Positions 10,195 to 20,200 of a stretch of DNA of 64,000 nucleotides are shown in pieces; positions within the stretch are counted from its first letter, which is position 1, and each line of letters starts with the position of its first letter. The translations under genes and the position numbers were made by a program. The DNA lies in sequence record PQ182779.1; one strand, written 5' to 3'. The notes below the pieces were generated by a model. It saw only the letters and a program-made list of their open reading frames with translations, did no database searches and was not told where the DNA came from.

Positions 10195-10220
10195 GAGAGG
10201 AGGGCAGACGCCCTCCTCTC
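10195..10220 (+). terminator. Hairpin / likely terminator
   Basis: GAGAGGAGGGC-AGAC-GCCCTCCTCTC; weak U tract. Confidence 0.55.
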
Positions 10221-10292
10221 TATGCTGTAACATTTCAAACCTTACAGTTACCGTTCCTACTATGTAAACGTAAAACTTATTGAGGTGTAGCC

Positions 10293-11024
10293 ATGCAACC
10301 ATCCAGTCTGCTCAACGGCATCAAGGGTCTCAACGCCAGTGAAACCCAACGCCTAGTTGCTTTAGCACAGGCGGTGAAGGAAACCATCGAAGGAGTGATT
10401 GTCCCGGGTCAAGTCTTCGTGTACGGCGTCCATGCTATCGGTGAAAAGTATCAACTCGAAAATGTGGAAATCGTCATCGACCCGAGCGTTGAAACGTATC
10501 GCGTTGAAGGAAATGTCCTTTACCTGAATGCGCCGATCGATAACCCGGATGCATTGACCTACCTTTCCCTGACCGAAGGGATCGGGTATTACCTGAAACC
10601 GGAAACGAAATTCCGCGAAGAAGCGCGTACTGTCGGCACCAATTGGGTGACCGGTTACAGTAATGAGTTGTATAAAATCTACCTCAGTAATGAAGACAAA
10701 CGGAGTGAATTACTGACGTCGTTGGCGAAAGAGTTTTACTTCCTCCTGAAGAATGCTCACCCGTTACTCGTTGATCAGTATAACGAAGCAGACAGCTTTG
10801 TGAGCGACTTTGTAACGGAAGCGGTAAAAGCTACTGACCTTTACGCTGCGATTCATCAGGGGCTGTTTAAGGTGTTATTTGACGACAGTAACGCCACGAC
10901 GTTTGGTAACATCTACCAAACTATTATCCGTTCCGATAACAGCACCGGCCAATACACGAAGCCTACCTCGGCAGAATTCATGACCGGGTATCTGTTTGAA
11001 TGTCTCGGTGCCATTTCAAACTAA
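10293..11024 (+). CDS. Hypothetical protein (243 aa)
   Basis: RBS GAGGTG and phage-like codon usage. Confidence 0.8.
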   Translation: MQPSSLLNGIKGLNASETQRLVALAQAVKETIEGVIVPGQVFVYGVHAIGEKYQLENVEIVIDPSVETYRVEGNVLYLNAPIDNPDALTYLSLTEGIGYYLKPETKFREEARTVGTNWVTGYSNELYKIYLSNEDKRSELLTSLAKEFYFLLKNAHPLLVDQYNEADSFVSDFVTEAVKATDLYAAIHQGLFKVLFDDSNATTFGNIYQTIIRSDNSTGQYTKPTSAEFMTGYLFECLGAISN

Positions 11025-11030
11025 TTTAAC

Positions 11031-11041
11031 ATCTATATCAC
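11031..11041 (+). promoter_or_regulatory. Putative early (virion RNAP) promoter ATCTATATCAC
   Basis: One of six intergenic copies; similar to the phiKZ early consensus TATATTAC. Confidence 0.7.
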
Positions 11042-11095
11042 TCTATTGAAATAAGGTAGAGAAATCTACCTTTCAATCATTAAAAGGAGTGAGAC

Positions 11096-11494
11096 ATGCT
11101 TGAAGAAAATTCCGTTCAAAATGATTTTATTACAGCTATAAACCAGGTAGCTGATCTCCGTCTTCGGGTAGCTGACTTTATTATTCTGCCCGAAGGACGC
11201 TTTGGCCAGTTCGCGCATCTTAAATTACTTGAACAAGTAATAGCGTCAGTTCGGGTACTTGATAGCAAAATTAACGATTTTGAATTAACTCGAGCTATCT
11301 CGTGTATTATCTCCGAAACAGGGCATCTTATTTCTAATAAAGGTGCTAAAGAGTACAGACGCGTATCGATTGATTGGGTTTATGTTTATCGTAATCTTTT
11401 TTACGTAAACACGGCCCTCGTAGATTATATCGAAGCTTCTACGAACCCTTCAATCCCGCGGTGGAAACTCCAAGGACAGAAAGAAGCTGAGTAA
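11096..11494 (+). CDS. Hypothetical early protein (132 aa)
   Basis: RBS AAGGAG; downstream of the early promoter motif at 11031. Confidence 0.75.
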   Translation: MLEENSVQNDFITAINQVADLRLRVADFIILPEGRFGQFAHLKLLEQVIASVRVLDSKINDFELTRAISCIISETGHLISNKGAKEYRRVSIDWVYVYRNLFYVNTALVDYIEASTNPSIPRWKLQGQKEAE

Positions 11495-11631
11495 GTTGAG
11501 TTAAACTCAAAGATACTCGGCGCTAAAGATAAAATTCCCATCGCGCCGAACTGATCATCGGTCGATAGTGAAGTAGTAGAACTGCAGTTCTCATTAATCT
11601 CATCGAAACACACTCAATTGAGGAAATACAA

Positions 11632-12093
11632 ATGTCAGATGTAAAAGAAAAGAAAGAAACCGTACTGGAAATTTCTAAAGAGGTACTGGACCTTTCCGCT
11701 AAAATCGGCGACAGCATTTTCGTTTCAGAACATGGAACCATCTCGCAGAAAGAAGGCGTAGACTGTTTCATGGATAACGCGCCGGCGGATATCAAAGACA
11801 AGATCGAAGCGGTTCAGGAATACGAAAGCCTGTTCGCTACCGCGCTGCTGCATAACGCCGGCCCTAAAGCCATCGATCACCTGAAAACTCATCGCGACAC
11901 CAAACGCGTTTGGGGTGTTATCCAGACGGGTAAAACAGGCGTTGCGGTTAACTATACTCCGCCGACCGGTAAAAAGGCTGACGGCACCATGAAAGACCCG
12001 TCGGTGACCGTGGCGTATCGCCGTAAAGAGCGCGATGATCACGTCGCAGTTCGCCGTATGATCGAATCCAAAACTTCCGAACTGTCCGATTAA
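11632..12093 (+). CDS. Hypothetical protein (153 aa), probably highly expressed
   Basis: RBS GAGG, strongly biased codons (AAA, GAA, ATC, CTG) and a following terminator. Confidence 0.8.
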   Translation: MSDVKEKKETVLEISKEVLDLSAKIGDSIFVSEHGTISQKEGVDCFMDNAPADIKDKIEAVQEYESLFATALLHNAGPKAIDHLKTHRDTKRVWGVIQTGKTGVAVNYTPPTGKKADGTMKDPSVTVAYRRKERDDHVAVRRMIESKTSELSD

Positions 12094-12116
12094 TTTCGGC
12101 GGCCAGGTAGTTTAAT

Positions 12117-12150
12117 AAAGCGGGGAAATTCCCCGCTTTTTCTTTTCTTT
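12117..12150 (+). terminator. Intrinsic terminator
   Basis: AAAGCGGGGA-AAT-TCCCCGCTTT plus a U tract. Confidence 0.8.
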
Positions 12151-12169
12151 CAATTAGGTTAATTATCAA

Positions 12170-12721
12170 ATGGAAAACACCGTTGTAAACGAAGCAATCT
12201 CTGCCGCCGCAGCTATTGACAGCGAAATGAAACAGGAAGTCCTGAAGGATTTCAAACACGAAGACTTCGTGCTGGTTGATTCCTCTTACCCGGAAATCAT
12301 CAAAGACGGCGAAACCCCGCTGAGCAAAGAAGAGATCATCGCCAAACACGAAGATTACGTTGATCGTATCTCCAAGATGTCTCTGACTCATTCACTGTTC
12401 ATCGGTTTGGGCTTCGATGTCCCTAAAGGTCACGCATTGTCAATCCATGCCGTTAACCGTTATCTGGAATCAACCAGCGGCCAGATCAAATACCGTAACG
12501 TGACGGAAACGGAATCTGATGAAGCGGAATGCTGGGAATTCACTGTCCTGCATCCGGCGTGCGAATACAAATTCCTCGAAACCGATTTCTGGTTAGCCGG
12601 TCTGCGTGCCCTCCATTTCCTGGTGACGCGCCACGACCCAGACCTGACCGAGTACGTTAATCGTAAGACCGCGGCAGTCGCGGGTCTCGACGACGCCTGG
12701 CTGAAACAGGTCAGAGCGTAA
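12170..12721 (+). CDS. Hypothetical protein (183 aa)
   Basis: Clean ORF with biased codons, followed by a terminator. Confidence 0.8.
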   Translation: MENTVVNEAISAAAAIDSEMKQEVLKDFKHEDFVLVDSSYPEIIKDGETPLSKEEIIAKHEDYVDRISKMSLTHSLFIGLGFDVPKGHALSIHAVNRYLESTSGQIKYRNVTETESDEAECWEFTVLHPACEYKFLETDFWLAGLRALHFLVTRHDPDLTEYVNRKTAAVAGLDDAWLKQVRA

Positions 12722-12726
12722 ATACT

Positions 12727-12760
12727 AAGAGAGGCGCTGGCCTCTCTTTCTTTTATTTTT
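12727..12760 (+). terminator. Intrinsic terminator, near-identical to 9208-9240
   Basis: AAGAGAGGC-GCTG-GCCTCTCTT plus a U tract; 32 of 33 nt identical. Confidence 0.8.
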
Positions 12761-12774
12761 CGAAGAGAGAAACT

Positions 12775-13296
12775 ATGCGCCTCAAAGTCAGTAAATTGTC
12801 CTTTCTGAAAGCCGTAGAAGACCTGGCAAAATATCGAATTGACACCACCACCTTCGGTAGACGTGTAGGTGAAACGACGCGTGCGACCACGGATATAACG
12901 TATAAACGCATCGGGTCTAAACTGATCGTCGAATATCTGGGAATGAATGCGAGGGAGTATCGTTGCCGGGGATTCCGGTTATCACTTCAGCTCGGTGTCC
13001 CGGTTCAGATCACTAGTCTTGAAGCACTAAAGATTGATATCACGGAATTTTATCGACTGTTCAAAAAGCTGAGACTGGATACGTTTAAGCACGCATTTCA
13101 ACGTTATGTACTCTGGACCTTCCTGGACGTTTACGGGACTCGGCATTACGTACTCCATTTAATGTACGCCACCGAGAGAGACCCGGAGTTTTATCCGCTG
13201 ACCCTCAACGAAGATTACGCATCAAGATACCCAGTTGAGGGGAACATTGAAAAACGCAGCCGGCGTTTTCTGGAATGGTTAAACTTCTATGCTTAG
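12775..13296 (+). CDS. Hypothetical protein (173 aa)
   Basis: ORF bounded by hairpins, with a GAAGAGAG RBS. Confidence 0.7.
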   Translation: MRLKVSKLSFLKAVEDLAKYRIDTTTFGRRVGETTRATTDITYKRIGSKLIVEYLGMNAREYRCRGFRLSLQLGVPVQITSLEALKIDITEFYRLFKKLRLDTFKHAFQRYVLWTFLDVYGTRHYVLHLMYATERDPEFYPLTLNEDYASRYPVEGNIEKRSRRFLEWLNFYA

Positions 13297-13361
13297 GTCA
13301 TTTGACCTAAGCAGGTTAATCGTCCCATTGTTTTTTTTTGGTTTCATTGAACGGAGGAGAG

Positions 13362-13748
13362 ATGTTTCGTTCATTCAAGCAACTCGAAGTATGGACAGGT
13401 AGAATACCTGATTGGCGAGTTTGGGAAGGACTGGATATTGTCTTTGTCGATACCACGTTAAAAAGCGGAATAAAAGATTTTGCGCCCACTCCAGAACTAC
13501 TTTGGCCATTTAAGCAAGGTATTGTCAGTGAAGAGGAATACGTTGATATCTATTACCGGTTGACTCGTGAACGGTTTATCAAAAATCCGGAACCGTGGCT
13601 GTGGTTGATTAATCAGGAACGGATTTGTTTAGCCTGCTATTGTAAACACGACTGCTTCTGTCATCGCCACCTCTTAAAAGATATCTTAGAGAAACTCTGT
13701 AGAAAAGAAAGAATTCGGTTTATTGATCGTGGCGAGCCGATTTGGTGA
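13362..13748 (+). CDS. DUF488/YeaO-like protein
   Basis: Motifs FAPTPELLWPF...EEEYVDIY and ICLACYCKHDCFCHRHLL (CHR). The likely start is ATG 13362 after GGAGGAG. Confidence 0.7.
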   Translation: MFRSFKQLEVWTGRIPDWRVWEGLDIVFVDTTLKSGIKDFAPTPELLWPFKQGIVSEEEYVDIYYRLTRERFIKNPEPWLWLINQERICLACYCKHDCFCHRHLLKDILEKLCRKERIRFIDRGEPIW

Positions 13749-13797
13749 TAGCACGCATTACTGTGTAAGCTTACAAAATTAAGATGGAGTATACACA

Positions 13798-14364
13798 ATG
13801 TACGTCGATTTATTCGGTCGTCCCAAATACGAGATTCTTGCTGATCTGATCAGTCAGCAGAATAACCTCACTACGCCTCTCAACGCCAGCTACCTGAGCT
13901 TTGGTAACATCACTGGTTCTACGGTACCGGGTACAGAAGATCGTGTCTCCGTGCTCGTTACAGGCCGTTCTCCGGTAACCGGGAGTAAGACCTTTACTTA
14001 CACCCGTATCGAACTGAACAAACTGATGGCGTCGGTTGGCCCTACGTTAGTTCTGCCGGAAACAGCATCGACAATCGCTGATCTTTTACCGTTGATCAAA
14101 GCAAAATACAGTCTCTATATTGATGTTGAAGACATTGCGAATGCGGACGATTACCTGCCGTTCATTCCGTCCGGGGAAACCGCGGTTGTGACCATTCAGA
14201 CCAAAGCCGGTACGACTTATAACAGTCACGTCTGGTCAGGTAACCTTGACGTCACCTGTAGTGGTGGTAGTAAGATTCCTCGTGGTTCTCTGCTTACCGA
14301 ATCCGGTAAAGCGATTAACACCGAAGACAGCAAATTCATTCTGGTTGAACAAACCGAAAGCTAA
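13798..14364 (+). CDS. Short virion/baseplate-anchor protein, candidate tailspike adaptor (188 aa)
   Basis: Its N-terminal domain (YTRIELNKL...DLLPLIKAKYSLYIDVEDI) is paralogous to the N-termini of 41709 and 43768. The C-terminus is LLTESGKAINTEDSKFILVE. Confidence 0.7.
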   Translation: MYVDLFGRPKYEILADLISQQNNLTTPLNASYLSFGNITGSTVPGTEDRVSVLVTGRSPVTGSKTFTYTRIELNKLMASVGPTLVLPETASTIADLLPLIKAKYSLYIDVEDIANADDYLPFIPSGETAVVTIQTKAGTTYNSHVWSGNLDVTCSGGSKIPRGSLLTESGKAINTEDSKFILVEQTES

Positions 14365-14370
14365 TAGAAT

Positions 14371-14402
14371 AGACAGAGAGAGCCCAACGGCTCTCTCTGT
14401 CT
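14371..14402. terminator. Bidirectional terminator between convergent genes
   Basis: AGACAGAGAGAGCC-CAAC-GGCTCTCTCTGTCT. Confidence 0.8.
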
Positions 14403-14417
14403 GTGTTTGTTAATAGT

Positions 14418-17129
14418 TTAACCAACGTAAATTGCTGACATAACGAGTTGCGAATAAATACCCGTAATATAAGCTTGCGCGTCACGCGTCCCTATTTGGA
14501 AGTAGTTAGCGAAAACGTTCATCGGTGTACTAGTCGTACCAGTTCCCGCCGTACCGCCTACAGTAACACTGGCGCTTCCGGATAATGTGTTTTCCGACGA
14601 TGCTGTTGAAGATGATAGTGTTCTTGAGAACCTTCCGCTACCCGGGTAGTTTAAAGTAAAAGTATCGATCAAAGTGTTTGCTCCTTGAGTAGACGCAGTC
14701 GTCACTGTATTCCCTTTCGCGATGTAAAGAGAAACGGTATTAGTACCCGCAGTTGTTGCCCCGGACCAAACCAGTAAGTTAGAAACCACACCACCAGTTG
14801 TTGCATCGAAGAAAGTACAATTCGACATCCTTGCCCATTGCGCAAGAGTAGTGTTACTCTGCGTCACCGTGGACAGAGAGTAGTTACCTACGAATGAAAC
14901 GCGTGTGGCGTTGAAACGATGGATAAAGTTCGAGTTACTGGTCACATATGGGATGTTAGACCCGGAGACAACAGATCCTCCCACCATATTCACCTCAACT
15001 CGTGTACTCGCTTCAGTTCCTCCGTCATTAGTGATTATTTGACTGAATTCACAATCGTCAAAATTGTAAACACCACGTTGACTGATCCTTAACAACGTTG
15101 GGGTAATATTGGTGTTTTTATTCCGGATCCGACGACCACTCACACGAAGATTGTGTGCGTAGCCAGTACCCGCCGCCTGGAAAACCAGGTTAGAAACGCT
15201 GATATTTTCCAAATCAATACGTATATCAACCGGTTCAATATTTGGATCAGCTGTGTTACTGACAGCTTTTGGCGAGTTAAGGAAGTTGATCATGTTAAAT
15301 TTGATCATCCCGCCATCTGCATAAGTGACATTCGCCATTCTCAGATAAGATGGATGATTCACCTGATCTGGTTTATTAGAGAATACGGGGTTAATTAAGA
15401 TGTTTGCTGTAGCAGGATCGGTAATAGTAAAGCCATCGATATCGATTTCTTTAAACGGGGAGGTACCCATAGGAGAGTTAGCAGGTAACGCAGTATATGG
15501 ATCAGCGTAACCTTGAACTATCCCCGCACGACCATCTGTTGCAGAAACATAGTTTGGCCAACGCCCATTGACTTTCACGTCTCGTATAATCAATTTACTA
15601 TCGGTAATACCACCGCTACTGGTTCTTGCTTGCAGCAAAGACGGGAAATAGATTCTGCCTTTGTAGGGTTCCCCCAAACCTTTACCTAGTTCAAATGTGA
15701 CGCGAATCAACTCTACCGTGGAGTTTTTTACTCCAAATGTTACGACTCCTGCATCACCTACGGTACAGTCAATGAGCCGATAATAACCGATAATAGGGTT
15801 ATGGGCGTCGTAGTTGTTTGACGTACAGTTAATAAACGTAGTATCTGTTATATACCCGGCAGCAGAAATAGCGCCCCAACCGTAACCAAAACAGTTCACA
15901 TTTCGTACTGTCAAGTAACAAGTCCAGGCGTGATGAAATGTATAAGATGCCGTAGTCGCAGTCATCCCAACATTACTAAAAGTTGAACTCGGGTACGCAT
16001 CGTAAAAAGAATCGGCCTCGATAAAGATCCCGTACTGAATATCTGAGACATGTCGATTACCTACGTCCGTAATCGGCTTATTAATTACTTTCCCGCCGAC
16101 AATTTTGATGTTAGTGACGTAGAAATGTTGGAACATTATCGGGAATGGTTTATTCCGATAATCTACATTGGGGTGTTTAATAGTACATTTCCGGTCGGCG
16201 ACGGGAAGAACTGTGATTTTGTTTACGGCAGTAGCATTATACGGTAACGAATGGTCCATTCTTCCGTTTGCTGAAACACGTGTTAAGTGCATATACTTTT
16301 GAACTGCAGCACCAGCAGCAGTACCGGACGTGTTGTACGTGTAGAGATCATCAGTAAATTCAATGAGAACCATTGAGCCATTCAACGTAGTATCGGCAGC
16401 TAACGAATCTAATGTATTCGATCCAGCAACTAAATCGCGCGCTGCATTTGCATTGATAGTACTCACCAAAGCCGATGTGGCATCGTAGACCACCGTCGCA
16501 TTCTTTTGGGTAAACCAAAAAGTACCCGTATAACCAGTCCCTAAAATGATAGTCGCCCCGGACAAATCAAAATCGGCATAATCAGTGTAGAATACGAGTT
16601 TGTCGTTTCCGCTGATTAAGTAAGTACCGTTATTCTGTTTTATCGATAGTTTCAATGTTGCAGCCAATAAAAAAACGGCCTTAATTTTATTGGTAACGTC
16701 CACCGTTCCTGTTTTATCGATCCCGAACATGTCGAACGAAAGATAACTTTGAAGATCACCTATAAACCCGCCGTTAGGGAGGGGTATTTTCCCTTCGGCA
16801 ATGTTACTTATAGTTGTCGCTGTCAGGTAAGTAATCTGATTGTTATTTGAATCAAGTAACGGACTGTAACTATCACCGCCTTGATTCACCCAACCTAAAA
16901 CAATTGTCTTAGTCTCATCTTCGTAAGCAAAGAAAGACTCGTTTTTCTCGGTACCGGCTAATCCCGATGCGACATCTGCGTAAGCATTCTCGAACCACAG
17001 CGCGGAACGGAGCGTGGATAGATCGATATTGTTTGTTTCCGTGTTGGAATTAACAACGGGAATCAGTGCATTTTCTTTAATGCGTGTTGCGCTATCTAGT
17101 TCGCTGATTTTAGAAGTTTCATTAGTCAT
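14418..17129 (-). CDS. Tailspike / putative capsule depolymerase A (903 aa, KISEL anchor)
   Basis: N-terminal KISEL...LRSALWFENAY anchor, then SFDMFGIDKTGTVDVT at the beta-helix start and an N/T/G/S-rich body. Confidence 0.85.
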   Translation of the reverse strand: MTNETSKISELDSATRIKENALIPVVNSNTETNNIDLSTLRSALWFENAYADVASGLAGTEKNESFFAYEDETKTIVLGWVNQGGDSYSPLLDSNNNQITYLTATTISNIAEGKIPLPNGGFIGDLQSYLSFDMFGIDKTGTVDVTNKIKAVFLLAATLKLSIKQNNGTYLISGNDKLVFYTDYADFDLSGATIILGTGYTGTFWFTQKNATVVYDATSALVSTINANAARDLVAGSNTLDSLAADTTLNGSMVLIEFTDDLYTYNTSGTAAGAAVQKYMHLTRVSANGRMDHSLPYNATAVNKITVLPVADRKCTIKHPNVDYRNKPFPIMFQHFYVTNIKIVGGKVINKPITDVGNRHVSDIQYGIFIEADSFYDAYPSSTFSNVGMTATTASYTFHHAWTCYLTVRNVNCFGYGWGAISAAGYITDTTFINCTSNNYDAHNPIIGYYRLIDCTVGDAGVVTFGVKNSTVELIRVTFELGKGLGEPYKGRIYFPSLLQARTSSGGITDSKLIIRDVKVNGRWPNYVSATDGRAGIVQGYADPYTALPANSPMGTSPFKEIDIDGFTITDPATANILINPVFSNKPDQVNHPSYLRMANVTYADGGMIKFNMINFLNSPKAVSNTADPNIEPVDIRIDLENISVSNLVFQAAGTGYAHNLRVSGRRIRNKNTNITPTLLRISQRGVYNFDDCEFSQIITNDGGTEASTRVEVNMVGGSVVSGSNIPYVTSNSNFIHRFNATRVSFVGNYSLSTVTQSNTTLAQWARMSNCTFFDATTGGVVSNLLVWSGATTAGTNTVSLYIAKGNTVTTASTQGANTLIDTFTLNYPGSGRFSRTLSSSTASSENTLSGSASVTVGGTAGTGTTSTPMNVFANYFQIGTRDAQAYITGIYSQLVMSAIYVG

Positions 17130-17151
17130 GTCTTTATTCCTGAATGGAGAC

Positions 17152-17165
17152 GGTCATACGAAACA
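17152..17165 (-). promoter_or_regulatory. Putative late promoter TGTTTCGTATGACC for tailspike A
   Basis: This 14-mer is identical to 21037-21050; the phiKZ late consensus is TATG. Confidence 0.65.
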
Positions 17166-17195
17166 AAATGAGTAGGGCAAAAGCCCTACTCATTT
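17166..17195 (-). terminator. Terminator after tailspike B
   Basis: AAATGAGTAGGGC-AAAA-GCCCTACTCATTT. Confidence 0.75.
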
Positions 17196-17204
17196 GTATT
17201 TCAA

Positions 17205-20200
17205 TTACAGCAAAATTTCCCAAGAGAATGCGCTACCATCGGAAGCATTATTACTTTTTACAGTGAATGATGTACCGTTAGCGATCGCACTGATATATAA
17301 ACTATTAACGTTAGTGGCGAAAGTTAATGGACGTAAAATGATTTGTGAATTGTATCGCATTATATTTGCGGAAGTACTCAACTGACTAAAAACTTCAGTG
17401 GTGTTAACCGTCACGGTACCTGCGGTCAGCGTAGCAACCCCTGATATTTTAGACCCATCAGTGCTATTCGCACTCAACCTATTACCACGCGTGATACACG
17501 ATAACGGCTGAACCGTAAACCCTGTCAGCGCAGCCCAGTCTCTACCGTAACCAATGACGTTACAATTTTCAATGGTCACCAACTCTGGTTTATTGGCTAT
17601 ATTCGCGTCGCCTTTGAAACGAATAATTTTATTCTGGGAACCAGAGGAAGGCATATGTACGTTCTCTATTTTCAGGTCATTATAGACAGCATTAAACCCA
17701 GCGGCCAAATCAATGGCGACAGGGTTATTGCCGGTAATGGACCCCCCAGAAATTTTACCCGAATTAATTGCAACCCCGATAAAACCATTGTTGATGATAT
17801 GGCAGTTCTCAAGGTATCCTCCTTCATACCCGAAGTTAACCCCGTAACGAGTGTTTCCCTCCGCCTTACAATCTATCAATCTGGTGTTAGTAGCCCCTAA
17901 AGCACCGCCAAATCCATCCAATGTTGCACCAAAAGCATAGCAGTTAATCAGTGTTGCATTAATCGCTCTTATCTGGAATCCATCGTCACCGGAAGAGAAA
18001 GACTGGCAGCTATCAAACGTAATACCTAAACCAAGATCATGGGTATCGAACCCAGAGAGACGTGCGTTGTGTGAAACAGAGTTTCTTATTTGGGAGAACA
18101 GCGGTCCGCCATAAAGGTCACCTGTAGCTAACCAGTTAAACGAAACGGCATGACGTGAATCTGTCGAATAAAGTTTATTGACGTCTACGTTTTCCGAACA
18201 ACCAATAATTTCAACGCCGTACCAGCCTATAGAGTCCACCGTTAAATTATCCACAGTAACATTACTGCAATTAAATAGCTTAACTGCGGATCTTCCCGCT
18301 ACATCATCGAGTGAAGATTTATCCTTAGTACCGCGGATAGTGATATTCTTGAGTGTCAAATTATAAACATACGCGCAGTTAATACCGAGCGCAAAGGTAT
18401 TCGTAAACCCGTCCTTGTTAAGGTTCGCGCCATCGATGACAATGTTTTCAAGAACTGTTGCTTTCCCCGCTTTCGCTGTATCTGAGGTATTAAAGTCGAA
18501 TAACAGACCAGTGTGGAGACGGTAGACCGTATTTGAACCAGAGGCTGTTTTTGCGGTTATCTTACGTAAGACTGATTGCTTAACCTGGTAGTTATTTGGA
18601 CCAGGAAGAAGTTTTTCAGACCGTATCTCTAACCAATCTCCAACGTTGAAAGATGAGTCGTTTAAGGTAATGGAAACATCTTTGGCTAATGCATTGACAG
18701 CGAGGTTAACAAAAGAAGTCGGGGCCGAACCTTTGATTGAAATCCCTTCTCTTGCTGTGTTATCGGCATTGATTGTTACTCCATTACCAAATGTTATTTT
18801 TGTATTACTCCCCACTGTAAGTGACGAAGTTGCCGTAATATCCCTATCAAAATTTAAAGTTTTACCACCACCGGCGATATACGCGTTGATAGCACTAACC
18901 GAGTTGAATCCGCTCGAGATAACCTTATCAGTTACCAAGACATAAGTTGCCACAACGGTCGGAGAAATAACTGTACCTGTCGTCGTCGGCGTGACTATTG
19001 GATCGGTTATCTCAACACGGTAATAGCCGCCACCTGCATAACCACTACGAAGTACAGTGGTATTTAATGCGGCCCCATCGGTACCGGCGCCAGGGATCGT
19101 TAAACGAAGTCCGGCCGTTTTAGCGCCGAGGGCACTGGACCAATTTAAACTGTTACTTTCAATGTATTTCTGACCAGCAATAGTAGCTCTGATACTATCC
19201 GTACTACTAGGTGCAATGGATCCGCTTCTAGTAATGAGATATTGTGCACCAGTTGCAGTTAAGATTATCAGGGTACCGGCAGAAAATTCCTGCCCAACGG
19301 GTATCGAAGTAACGTTGTCAATGTATTTAACTTCATTAATCGATTGGGTTAAATTCCCCCTACTGTAGCTATTCTCGGCCATTTTGATGGCGTCAAAATT
19401 GCAGTTAGTTACACTAAGATTATCAACGTACAGATTATTTACTGTCCCGATGGGCGTGTTTGATAACGAAAGAAGTTTAACATTATCTAGAATCAGGGTA
19501 ATCGATCTTAAACGCCTAAGAATCCCTACACCCTCTCCAGTGGTGTGCGATACTTGAATAGCGTGATCCGTACCCCGAGCATTAATGTTACTTAATTTGG
19601 CTGTAGTAAAGTACCCTTTGAAAGTAAAGTTTTTAGACGAGACATTTTCTACTAGAACATTACTGTCAACACTATCGTTGGCACCGTTATAAATGGTACA
19701 GTTACCAGTCGTGATGATATTACGAAGATTATAATTCCGACATGGTGAACTATATGCCCCGGAGACAACGCCCCAGCGCAAGGCCAAGCCATCTTCGGTA
19801 CCTTGAACTGGTTTAGAGACCAGGCCGTTGATGCTAAAATCTCGACAACCGTATAGAACTACTCCCGCAGCGGATAAACCTGCATTGGGTGAAAATGATG
19901 CATCCGGGTAGACAAAGTTATTTGTTATTTCAAACGCCCGTGATTTTTCAAAATGAATACATTGCCGACAATTTATTACAAGGTTATTCGTAACAATGAC
20001 ATTCGCCGCCAAATCTGCATCATCCGATTCTAATGCGTAGTTTCCAGCGCCTGCCACACCTATCCCTATTCCCCACGCCGAATTTACCCCTCTTACCCCA
20101 TCAATAAAGTTACCGTCAATTAGAACAAATCCGGGCTGATAGCTTTGAATAAGGTTAAGTTCAATAGGATCGCCTGCATTATTTTTGAATGTGTTATTTT

